A stretch of 64,000 bases of DNA from Mesotaenium endlicherianum. Its lineage: Eukaryota. The notes under the pieces are model-generated. The model worked only from the letters and a program-made list of their open reading frames with translations, ran no database searches and was not told where the DNA came from. Positions 36,797-48,500 of this stretch are shown here, piece after piece; position 1 is the stretch's first letter; each line of letters opens with the position of its first letter. The stretch is from positions 6,738-70,737 of the forward strand of contig WELA01003444.1 in the NCBI GenBank assembly GCA_009602735.1. The letters run 5' to 3'. Position numbers and translations under genes: made by a program.

Positions 36797-39046
36797 ATGG
36801 CATTCCGCTCATTCGCCCCTCCTCAATTCAACGGAGTTTCAGCTGTGTACAGCAGGGAGCAGCTTAAGAAAGGCCTCTATGTCAAGAACTACAAGCGCAG
36901 GCTCTCTGAAGATTACCTGGAGGAAACGGAACTATTTTATCCGGAAAAGCCTCCTCGGAGGAAGCGTCCGAAACTGGCCTATCGCAGACCAGCCAACAAG
37001 GGCATTCCGTGTGAAGGGGCACACACGAGTATCCTGGATTTGCCTGATGGATTGCTCATGCTCATACTAGAGTCGGCTCTGCGTGGTTCCTGGGACGAGA
37101 AGAAAGAAGCAGAGCGCCAGAGGATGGTCTGCAGCAGGTGGAGGAAGGCCATTAACGGCTGTGTCAAGGCTGTCAAGCAACACCGGATTGAGACAGATAT
37201 TCTCGGGTCACTGCAGGCGCTCAAGGCGTTCACGAGTGTGACGCACGTCCACCTAGGGTTCTTTGGACGTCCTGATGAAGAGTTTCTCCTGCAAGGGCTG
37301 GCCACAGGGCTTCCTCAGATTACATCCTTCAGTTTCTTTTTTGGGGTGGGTGGGTGGGATGCTCTCCCGGGGCTTCACTACTTTCTGTCCCACAGGACGA
37401 GCTTGCAGGAATTATCCTTGTATATTTCCGGCCTGCGCAACAAGGACTCCTCTGACAAGTACATAGATGAAGATAGCGAGCACTTTGCCCTGCTGGAGCA
37501 GATGGACTTCAGCAGCCTGGTCCACCTCAAGACCCTAACGCTGAAGTACAACATCCAGTGCTCCCCCGGCAGTCGAGTGTGCATGCCATGGAGCAGGTCC
37601 ATCCTGGGGCTGCCTCGGCTGGAGGCTCTGCACGTGGAGCTCCACGAGGTGGGGCAGGTGCGCCACCTGCCGCGCTGGCTGGCGGAGCTGCGCGCCTTTG
37701 CCAGCCTCTCGTTCTTCTGCCAGTTTATCGACAGCTTTCGGGCGTTGCCCTGCTGCGACGCGCTGCGCCACCTCCAGGAGCTTGTGCTTGTGAAGAACTA
37801 CTGTTCGATGAGCCCGGAGACTCTCGCCACCGTCGCGCGGCTGCAGGCGCTGACGTCGCTGCAGGTCTTGACCTCTGCCCAGCATCGGGAGTTCCACCCC
37901 GGGTGCGCCACAGCAAGCGGCCTCCTGCTGCCCGGCGCAAAGAGGCTGCACCTGGCCGTGGAGGAGCTGCCGGCCGTGCGCAGCCCCCTGCCCCTCCTGG
38001 GAGACCTCTGGCTGCGCGTGTCGGAGCAGGCGCACGTGCAGCCCAACCTGTTTGCGTTCACACCCGCGCTGCGGGTTCTGCACCTGGAGCTCGTCAGCGC
38101 CGCGAGCTGGCCCAACTTCCGCTACCTGCCCGCTCAGTTGACGTCCCTCACCCTGAGGCTGTCGGTGAAGGCTGAGGGGGACAGCACCCGGGTGGTGGAC
38201 ATTGGCCACCTGTCGGCCCTGGAGAAGCTGCACCTGACCTGCGGGGTGCTGCCTGCCGTGCCCGGCTTGTCCAGCCTCTGCCGCCCCCGTCCTCCTGCCA
38301 ACAGCAGCGATTGTAGCAGCAGCGGCAGCAGCAGCAGCATTCTTCTTCTGGCAGTCACGGTCGAGTGCGACTGTCACGCCGACAATCGCACGCCCTCCAT
38401 CCGGGGACCTGACTCCAAGCGATTTTGCAGCCGCTTCTTCAAGCGGTACCGGCAGTACGCGGGAGACGCACACCTCTGCCGCTTCTTGCCGCTGGCCGTG
38501 GCGCGCGAGCTGTTCCCCGACGCCAGGCCCCCGCCGCCGGCCGATCCTGAGGAGGGGGCAACAATACAGGTGAGCAACGCGTCGCCCATCTGACATGTGG
38601 TTGCCATCTGGCGCAGTCCCAAGCGGTTGCTTCCTAACTACGTGCACGAGCTCTTGTGACGTGCTGATATGGAGAGCGCCGAGGGGAGCCTCACGCGGCA
38701 GCGAGAGAGGGATGCACGCCCGTTCACGCTTTGTATTCTTTACGTGCGTGCCTCGACCCCGTGAATATTTTTTGTCTTCTAGCTTTTTGCCCAACTGGAG
38801 CTGACGCACTCTCGCGGGCTGATGATGATGCAGCAGCAGGAAGAGGAGCAGGAGGGCTCTCCCCAGCACACGTGCGCCCCTCCCCTCGCGCTGGCGGGGC
38901 CGACGACGCGCTCGCAAGCGCGGCGCCAGCTGGCAGCACGGCTGCAGAGCGGCAGTAGCAAGCGGGCGAGGGAGGAGGAGGAGGGGACGGCGGCCGTCCC
39001 CGCCCGCAAGCGCGCCTGCAATGGCTCCGGCAGCGTGAGCCGGTAG
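36797..39046 (+). CDS. F-box / leucine-rich-repeat-like protein; 2 exons (36797-38569, 38783-39046), 678 aa
   Basis: F-box-like SILDLPDGLLMLIL...RMVCSRWRKAI, followed by many LxxLxL repeats (LQELSL, LKTLTL, LEALHV, LRVLHL, LTSLTL, LEKLHL). CAG|GTGAGC donor and TTCTAG acceptor join in frame with the 38822-39046 ORF, which ends in a bipartite NLS-like KRAR...RKRA. Confidence 0.8.
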
Positions 39047-39639
39047 CAGGGCCGTCATGGCCCTCTCTCAGGTGACTGCTCCCGCACCCCTCTCCTCCTG
39101 GCTTGCCGTGCGAGTGTCTTTACGTCAACCGGCCGCTAGCAGATAGATGTGGAGATGGTCGCTGTTTGCTGTATTGAAGTCCTGGGAGGGGGGAGGGGGG
39201 TTCTGCGCACATCTTGCCTCACCGCGGTGTCCTCTGGGAAGTGAGCATTTGTTCTTGGATTGAGTGAGGCCTGCAGTTTCAGTCGAGGGCTTACGTTTCG
39301 AGGCACGGCGCATGTGGCTGTTGTGCGTGCCAAGGCAGAGCCTGGGCACCCGTGGCCCGTGGCCTGACGCTCCCTCTCTGATCCTTGTGCTCGTGTGCCC
39401 GCAGCGTGCGTGAGGGCTCTACTGGGAGCACTCCCTCAGAGGGGAGCCTGGAGCGGCAGAGCGGGGCGTAGATGGAGAGAGAAGCCTGCACTTCCTCCTG
39501 GACATTCTCATGTGGCGTAAAGCATTTCGTAGCCTCGGTTTGGAGGGGGAGGGGAGCGGGGGGGGGGACTGCATGGACTCATTAGCAGTGGGTGGCCTGA
39601 TACCTGCGAGCAAAGCTTACGGGGGCGAGCAAGGCCTTG

Positions 39640-41375
39640 GGTTTTGGTGACGTTTGGCTCAACGGAGGAGCGGTTGTCGCTGGGAGCCTGAGCAACTTCG
39701 GATGCGCGTGTGCGCCAACGCATGCGTGCGTGGCGGCGGGCAGTGAATGCGCGGTTCCACGCTTGCAACAGCTGGCGCATCCAGCAGATCAGGCGGGCCA
39801 GGCTGGCGTGGCGGGAGGAGGGCGTTGGCGGGCGGCGCCCCCAGGAGCCACACGTACGAGTCACGACTGCGGCGACGGCAAGATTGTCACAGAATGGAAC
39901 AGCACCCATAACAGCCGCTGGGAGCCGCGGGTGAGCGGCGACATGCCGGGATTGAGCTGCTGCATGTCGACACGGAAGCCGGCGAGAGACCTCCTTCAAC
40001 TGTTGCGACCTTTCCGAGGGGTGCCAGGCGCCCGGAGGCACGCCAGGGTTACCACCCCCCCCTGTGCTCCCGCTGTCGCAGCCGCTGTCGCATGGGGAGA
40101 GGTGCGAGCTCGGCTTGGGCAGCAAGGGGTTGCGCTTCCCCGTGAAGGCCTTGTGGTCGCTGTAGGCGCCGCCCGTGCTGGTGCTGGAGCTCGACGGGGG
40201 TGTGCGGTGGTGGTGCATGGCGGTGACAAGTTGGCGAGGCAGCTGGGGCTGGGGGGGGGGGCAAAGGTGGCCCGGCCCTTGCTCTGAGGAGGTAGTGTTC
40301 TGTGGCACGCTCCCGCACCTTTCTGCCAAAGGGGATGGGAAGAGGAGAGGGGCAAGCAGCAGCGCAGGGGCGTAGTGCGTTTGAAGGCGGCTCAGAAGGT
40401 CCCGTAACTTCTGGGCTGCCTGCCGCGGCTGGTGCAGCTAGATGAGCAGCTGTGGGGCGCTGGCGGCGCTGCCCCCGCAGGAGCGCCTGTCTGCACAGGG
40501 TTCCCCCGCCCTTTCTGGAGGGCAACAATGTGGAGCTGACAGCTGACGCTCTGTGCGAGCCTCCTGGGCACGCCGCTGCTCGCCGCCCTGCCGCTGCCAG
40601 GTGGCTGCGGTCCGCTTGCTCGCGCCGGTCGCAAGGCCGCCCGCGGGTGCTGCGTCATATGGGCGGCGCTGGCAGGTACCGGTCCTGCTGGACATGCACC
40701 GCCCGACGGCTCCTCAACATGCAGTAGCGACAGCCTGCAGTATGCGATGCCGCAGGTGTGTGTGACGTTGGTAACGGATGTACGCTGGCGTGGAGGCACA
40801 GGTGTCGCAGGCACCAGTCTGTGCGCGCCCGCGGGCGAGTGCGGCTGCCTGGCGCTCGAGTGCGGGCTCGCCAGCTGCCGCAAGCTGCTGCCACTGCGGA
40901 CCGCCTGCAGCGGTTTCAACGCCAGCATGAAACAAGGAGCTGCTGACGAGCAAGCAGCCCAAGCAGCGGGTCCTGGAGGCGCTGCTTCCCCCTGGTGGTG
41001 TTGTTTTGCATGGTGGGCAAGCGGGCGGGCAGGCAGGCAGGCAGGCAGGCAGGCAGGCGGGCAGGCAGGCTCGAAGGCGGGACGCAGTCTAGGAGGGCAG
41101 CGCCACAAGAGAAGGAGGCAGCGGGTGCCTGTACCTGTACCTCCGGGCTGCTGAAGATCCTGCTGCGCGCTCCAACGCGTACCATCTCGTGCTGTTTGCG
41201 CCCGGGTGACACCTGCAGCGCTTGTCTCATGCGCTGCCCATGCCCGAGAATGAGCACCTCGGCCGCGCAGGCGTCGTCGGGGCCCTTCTCAGCGGCACCC
41301 GCCCCAGGGCTTGCTGCTCGACAGCGATGGCAGCCATGGCACGTGTCCTCCTCCTCCTGCTCCTCTTCTTCCTGG
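39640..41375 (+). pseudogene. Decayed F-box/LRR-like paralogue A
   Basis: VRQRMRAWRRAVN resembles ERQRMVCSRWRKAIN of the intact gene, and LLGCLPRLVQL resembles ILGLPRLEAL. Many frameshifts. Colinear DNA similarity to 41680-42630. Confidence 0.5.
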
Positions 41376-41679
41376 TGAGAACGTGGAAGAGGGGGAAGTC
41401 AGGAGGGCAAAATTTTAAGGACCAGGGCGGGGGCGGGAAGTAAGATTGAAGCGGAACCTGAGGGGCAGACTTGGGGGCCCGGGGGGATGGGGGGGGCTGC
41501 ATAGGCTTCCAGGCAGTGCAGTTGTCGCTGGCCTTGCTGACAGCTGGTTAGGGCAAGCCTGGGGGCCCCGCCACGTGTCCCGAGGAGGTGCTAGCAGCCT
41601 GCAAGGGTGGGCCCTCGGGAGTGAGAGCGCAGAAGAGCAGCGCCTCTGGGGAGGCGACATCTGACTCGGCAGGGGCGGG

Positions 41680-42630
41680 CCTGTTGCTGGAAGGCCCAAG
41701 CAACTTTAGGTGTGCGGGTGCGCGCCAACGCATGCGTGCATATGCGCCGACCGGTGGATGTGTGAGGGCCACGCTTGCGACAGCTGGCGCTTGGCAGGTT
41801 GGGTTCGTGCGCCAGCCTGGCATGCCCTCTCACGAGAGCGAGGGCGACGCCCCCCCAGACTGTTACGCCCACAGTCCCAACCGCAAGCGCGTCATCGTGT
41901 GGAAGGCAACTGCCGCAGCCACGGGCAGGCCATCTGCCCGGCGCGAACGGCTGCTGCACCACGACTTGGAAGAGGGGGGAAGATTCTCCTTCTGCCGCCG
42001 CAGCCTTCCCCAGGAAAGGGTCTCGAGCGCCTGGAGGCGCGCCAGGGGTACTTACAATCCTGCGCTGTTGCTGTTGCTATTGCGCGCGAGAGGTGCGCGT
42101 TCGACTCTGGCAGCAGGCGCTCGCTCTTTGTGGTGAAGTGCTTCTGGCCGCTGCAGCCGCCCACACGTAGAGGAGCGGAGCTCGGAGCTCCAAGACAGCG
42201 GTGCGGGCGGTGGCGGTGGTGGCGTCGGTGACGAGGTGGCAGGGGGGGCTGGAGTGGGGGCTAGGCCTGGGGCAGAGGGGGGCCCTGTCATGTGGCACGT
42301 ACCCGAATATTTCGGGGTGGCGGTGCCGGAGGGAGGAGAAGGAGGAGCGGGGCAGGCAGCAGTTTCCGCAGTCGGGAGCGTGGGGCAGACTGGTGCAAAT
42401 GCGGCTCAGGGGCCCCAGTGCCCTGGGATGGGCTGCCTGAGGCGGCGGGTCAGTTTGCTCGCCGCGCCTGGCACCTGCAGCCATTTGTTAAAGGCGGGGC
42501 TGCCCATGCCCAAACTGGAGCCCTTGGTGTCCCCAATGTAGGCTACGTCTGCCCGGCATGACGACCTGCTGCCAGAGGACCTGTCGCCCGAGGATGCTGG
42601 CAGCGACAATACTCGTCCTCTTCCTCCTGG
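41680..42630 (+). pseudogene. Decayed F-box/LRR-like paralogue B
   Basis: Shares in order with copy A: AGCAACTT...GTGCGCCAACGCATGCGTGC, CCACGCTTGCRACAGCTGGCGC, GAGAGGTGCG...GGCAGCA, CACCTGCAGC...GCTGCCCATGCCC and CCTGGTGAGAAC. Confidence 0.5.
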
Positions 42631-45597
42631 TGAGAACATGTGGCAAGCAGTGGGGAGTGTAGGGATCTGGCGGGGAGCCAGGATTTAGGGGCGGCAGCCA
42701 GCGCAGGTGGCGGTGAGGGGGGAGGTTGGCGTAGTGGCAGTGCGGCAGAGGGAAGCGACAGGCACAGCTGTCTCCGGGATTCTTATCAGGCAGGTGTTTC
42801 GCACCCCATCACGCAGCAGGGAAGAGGTGGCCAGGGGGGCAAGGGGCCACAGCTTGCGGAGCAGGAAGAGTCGCAGGGTAGCGCGGGGGGGCAGGGCCGC
42901 CGGGGGGGGGGGCTTATCCTGGCAGCCGTGCCTGCACGGCCTGCTACCTGTCGCCACTGCTTTCCCCCCCCCTTCCGCCGCTATAGCTCCTGCTCCTTCT
43001 ATTCCTCCTGCTGCTCCTCTTGGAGGGGGGGGGAGGGAGCTGCCGGCCCATTGGGCGGAATGCCCTCCACCCCCTCGAGCAACGGTGTGCTAGTCATCTC
43101 CTTATGGAGCTCCTGCCTCCATAAGAGTGGCCTGGCAGGGGGGGCAGGGGGGGTGCAGATACTGCCCGGGGGTNGCGTGCGGCAAATGTGGTGACAGCGG
43201 AGGCGGAGGAGCAGGTGCGGATGGGGCTGCCGCCAGCGGTGGCCTTGGCAGTCGCGGTGGTGGTGGTGAACAGGGCGCCACTTGTCCTCCTCGTGGTAGC
43301 TTCACGTGAGGAGACTCAGGGAAGGGTCAGGATGGAGGAGCCAGCGACAGCTGCAGCTGAGCAGCTGCAGGGGCGGCAACAGCGGGGACTCGGCTGGGGA
43401 GATGATGGAGCTCGCGAGCTGTGCTGGGGGGAGGCCCAGATCGATGCAGTCCGAGAGTGCGACAAGTTGCACGTGCGGGGCAAGTGGAGAGGCTGCAGGA
43501 TGCTGCATCTGTTGACGTTGACGCTGAGGTGTCATGCCTTATAAGAAGTGAGGATGAACCAGGGTGTATGGTTTTTAATTTTTTGAGCATCTCATCTACT
43601 TTCTCCTCTGGAGTAAATTAAGGTCACAGCGTGATTCATGATGCACACTTGTGCGAAAGTGCGCTGGGTTGTTATGAATGTGATGAGCACACAAAAGCGA
43701 GCTTGATGATGCTGGACATGTTACTCATCTTGGTTATTTTCCATTTTCACTGCTCGAGGTTTTTTTTAAAGAACTTGCTGGACCATTTGTCAACTTGTCG
43801 TAAAGGATTGTACAGTATTAAAGAAGCTAGTCTCTGCATTGAGTGGAATTTCAATATGGTGATTGGCGTACCTACCTAAAAGTTCAGATCTTGTATGGAC
43901 TCACCGGCGTTGCGATGAAGCAACAGCAGGTTCATCCAGAATTTGATATGGATAAGAGTAGCAGCAATAAATAGCATAGACCAATGAACAGGAATATTAG
44001 CAAAGTACCTCTGATTCATACTTTAAACAATTATGGGGACTTGACAGGGAATGCGCCTGCTTACGCAAAAGTTAGAAATTGTTGTAAAAAAATCTTGACA
44101 GTTAAAGAATTTGGAATTCATTCAATGTGAAAGAGTGCCATGGTAAATGCTGCTAATATGGGAGTACTCAAGAATATTGGGAGGGGTGGAAAACAGCAGA
44201 CAAAAGAGATGTACATCATAAAATTGGGAGAAGAAACAAGGAAATTGCCATCCCTGACGTAGGAGAGGCAGGACCACACTTACAACAGCACCTCACCGAG
44301 GCACTCTAGAAGAAAAGAAGAAACAGGTGACAAAGGACTCAAGGGAGAGCTGACTTGGCATTTGAGACCATGTCGCTGATAACTAATGCGTTTGTTAGAA
44401 TGCTTTGCTGCACATGCCTTTCTTTGTCTTGCCTACTTCTTACCCTAGTTACTCCAACCTACACTTTTCTATTCCCTCTCATGTGTGCTACCTGTTGCTC
44501 TCTTCTACCTCGTATCTCTTCCTGTCTTTAATATTAGGGCGTCAATCCTGTTCTCGTATTTGTGACATATGCAGCTATCCTATTATCACATTCACCTACA
44601 TCTCATATACATACAAAATATGAAAAGAATAGGCTTTTTGATTTTGAATAAGAAAGTAGGGTAGTACAGGAAAATACCAATAGCTACTAATACTATCCGA
44701 GACTTTGTCTTTGCCTTTCGGCTGGTCTGAAACTTTTTTTGGACTGGTAGACATCTTCACAGAATCGGATGCGAGCTGAAGGTGCTTCTGCACTCTAGCG
44801 TGTATGCCAGAGGTCATGAGAACAGAAACTTACAGCTTCAGGAGGAGCTTCAGTCGTGAAACTTCAACATGAGAGAGAGCTAATCTGCAAGTGTACTTCT
44901 GACTTCCTGCAATGACAGCTTCATGTCTGCTATAGACTTAAGTAGCTTAGATTTCAGCTTCTTCTCACTATCGTTTACTATCTTTGCACGGTCATTACAC
45001 GTGTAATAATTTCATAGCTTGATGTCACAAATCTTGTTTCGACTAAAACTTTAAACATGTGTGGTATGGTGTGATATATCGATGCACCATATAATTAACT
45101 TTGGTAGATACTAACGAGGTCAACATCAATCATTTTTGTTTGGTCTGTCGGCTCGCGTCCATCACGAGGCTCATCCGCACGCTCAAATTGACCTCCTCAA
45201 TTTTCATCGTCGGTGAATCCTGGAGACGCAAGGTGTCGCGCACGAGCGCGTGCTCATTAGGCCCCAGCTAGCATCATCGAACTCGAGATCATGAAATTAA
45301 AAGATTCCATCATTCCATTTAACCGCTTTTTCTTGAATGAAGAACACTTAATAAGCAAGAATAAGCATTGACGTCCAAATATTAGCTCCAACATGTTTCG
45401 TTGCCTTAGCAAGCTGGTCGTACGCCTTCTGTCCAATGATGACTTCTTCAATCCGTCATAAAGAGGGGAGATATTTCTCACCTTGCAGCAGCTCTTGTCC
45501 ATCGCTCGTCTTGTAAGTGTGACTTCTGACAGATGCTCCGATACGCTTTAACTTGCTCAATACATGCGCATAACTAGAAGCCCAAAAGGGAGGAACA

Positions 45598-48500
45598 ATG
45601 GCGTCGGAGGAGGTCCAGGCAGTGGGTCAGCACGACCTCATGACGACCTCCGCTATGTGGGAAGGCCTGGAAATAGAACCTGGCCCTCATAGCCGTGTAG
45701 TTACAGCAGGGGGGGGTATGGCTCAGCAAACGCAAGCAGGGGACGTTTCGGGTGCAGCTTTGTCCTCGTCTCAGGCAGAGCATGTACCGCTCGAAGCTGA
45801 GGGGCACCCCTCTGCTCAGATCGTTGATCAGCAGGATCCGACAGTGTGGAACCGAGCGTCAGAAGGGGGGGTCTGGCAGCCACTGGTCGGCCCCAGGGCA
45901 GCCGGGGCAGCAGTAGAGAGCAAGCCAGACGGCCTGCAGGCCTTAATTCTTCCAGTGGAAACAGGGCCTACGTTTCAAGTGCCCCATAGCCAAGAGAGGG
46001 GGGTGGGCTATGGACAGAAGCTCCTCCGGCCAGAGGCCACCCTGGCCCCCCTTTCTGCGCCCCCTGTAGTCAATCCTACCCTTGCTGCTCTAACTGTCGT
46101 TCGTCCACCTGCCTCCTCCCCTCCAGCTCCCATCCCAGCCCCTGCCCCAGCCCCAGCCCCAGCCCCTCCCGCTCCCCCGATCTCCGCGCCCGCTCCCCAC
46201 CCCCTCCTTGCCCCCACGCCAGCTCAGCAGCCCGCCAACTACCCCCCCGGCAGCGCTGCCCCCTCCTCCGAGATACCTATGAGTGTGCAGCAGCTGCTGG
46301 CGGCGCTTGCGGCCTCCGTGCGTCCGGATCTGCAGGCCCTCTTCGGACAGCTGGCAGGCAGGTGGGGGGTCCCGCCGGCTCCTCCCGTGGTGCCCCTGGC
46401 TCCCGGCAAGGCGCGGTTCCGGGGGATCACCCCCCACCACGGGCGCTGGCAGGCGCGCATCAAGGAGGCCAGGCGGGACATCCACCTGGGCTACTATGAC
46501 TCAGGTAGGGCGGCTCTCTCTCCTCGCGCCTTGCTGCCACCTGGCTCGCTTCAGCTCCCTCGCCCCTTCTCTCCCCCCCTCCCCTCAGGCTCGCCCTTTC
46601 ACTCGCCCCCTCCCTCTCGCTCTACTCCTCTCCTCTGGCCCCTCCCTCTTTTCGCCTTCTCCCTTTCAATCCCTCCCCCCNNNNNNNNNNNNNNNNNNNN
46701 NNNNNNNNNNNNNNNNNNNNNNNNNNNNNNNNNNNNNNNNNNNNNNNNNNNNNNNNNNNNNNNNNNNNNNNNNNNNNNNNNNNNNNNNNNNNNNNNNNNN
46801 NNNNNNNNNNNNNNNNNNNNNNNNNNNNNNNNNNNNNNNNNNNNNNNNNNNNNNNNNNNNNNNNNNNNNNNNNNNNNNNNNNNNNNNNNNNNNNNNNNNN
46901 NNNNNNNNNNNNNNNNNNNNNNNNNNNNNNNNNNNNNNNNNNNNNNNNNNNNNNNNNNNNNNNNNNNNNNNNNNNNNNNNNNNNNNNNNNNNNNNNNNNN
47001 NNNNNNNNNNNNNNNNNNNNNNNNNNNNNNNNNNNNNNNNNNNNNNNNNNNNNNNNNNNNNNNNNNNNNNNNNNNNNNNNNNNNNNNNNNNNNNNNNNNN
47101 NNNNNNNNNNNNNNNNNNNNNNNNNNNNNNNNNNNNNNNNNNNNNNNNNNNNNNNNNNNNNNNNNNNNNNNNNNNNNNNNNNNNNNNNNNNNNNNNNNNN
47201 NNNNNNNNNNNNNNNNNNNNNNNNNNNNNNNNNNNNNNNNNNNNNNNNNNNNNNNNNNNNNNNNNNNNNNNNNNNNNNNNNNNNNNNNNNNNNNNNNNNN
47301 NNNNNNNNNNNNNNNNNNNNNNNNNNNNNNNNNNNNNNNNCCTCCCCCTCCCTTCCCCTCCTCTTCCCCCTCCCCTCCCTCCCTTTGATGACCCTCAAGC
47401 AAGCGCAGGCTGCACCATGACACCTCATAATATTTGTTTCCCGCTCCGCTTGTATGGGGCGGCCCAAACATCGACCAACGCAAGGAGATGGGAGGGGGAA
47501 GCGGGGTATAGATCGAACGAGAGAAAGAGCGGGCTTCTCCGGTTTCCAGTCAGGCTTTGCACGAGCATGGCTGTGGGGCAGATCCAGAAACGAGCAGTTA
47601 GAGTTAGCAACTTAAATATGTTGAGAGGCAGGGGTGAAGGGACTTTGAGAGGGGGGACATGTGGGGTTGGGCAGGCGGCAGGCTGCCGTTGCTTCCTGCC
47701 TCACTGTCCCTGCCCCTCCTCTCTATCCCACCCCCCCTCGCTCTCCCTCACTGTCCCTTCTTGCTGCCGGGGCTCTCTCAATCCCGCTGGCGCGCGCACG
47801 TATCCTCTGCCCTGCCAGCTCGTCGTGTTCGTGGCCCTGGATCTTCTGCTTATCAATCGGTATCTGACACCGTCCGCGACTGTCCTACGGCTAGATGGGA
47901 GGCCTACGCCGCAACATCTGCAATTGCGGCGCCGGGGGGTAGTTGTAACGCTGCGGTTTTCTTGGCCGGAGGGGGGGGCCGGGGGTTTGGGCTTGGGGCC
48001 GAGGGTTTAGGGCAAGGGGGGTTTTGGGGCAGGAGGAAGGTAGAAGGGGGGGGGTTGGTCTTGGAGGTGGAGCTGGCCACAAGGCCCAGAGGGCAGCAGC
48101 CTTGCCGCCTGGCGGGCTTTGGCCCCCGAGCTGCTGCTGCCTGAACGTGGATGCGGGCAAATGTAGGACGCGCTCACGCNCGCAGTCACACTTTGTAAGC
48201 AGCTTCATCCTCCATGGCTAAAACCTTCGAGCAAGGCAGTGTGACACGCCACTGCTCGCCAGACAGCGGCGCTGACGTGGCAACCGGGCGGGCGGGGTCC
48301 GGCGTTTTGCAGAGGAGAATGCGGCGAGGGCGTACGACAGAGCCCTGCTGAAGTTCCGCGGGAGGAGCGCGGCCACCAACTTTTGCGTCTCGGATTACGA
48401 CGGGGAGGACATCGGGGGCGCCGCGGGGCCGCCAGCTGTCAGTGCCGAGGGCGGGTCCTCCTGCCAGGGGTACCTGCGCCAGACCAACCCCGACAGGCGG

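Noticed and set aside
37535..39058. 507-aa antisense ORF over the F-box gene
   Set aside because: A shadow ORF typical of GC3-rich coding DNA, with no motifs.
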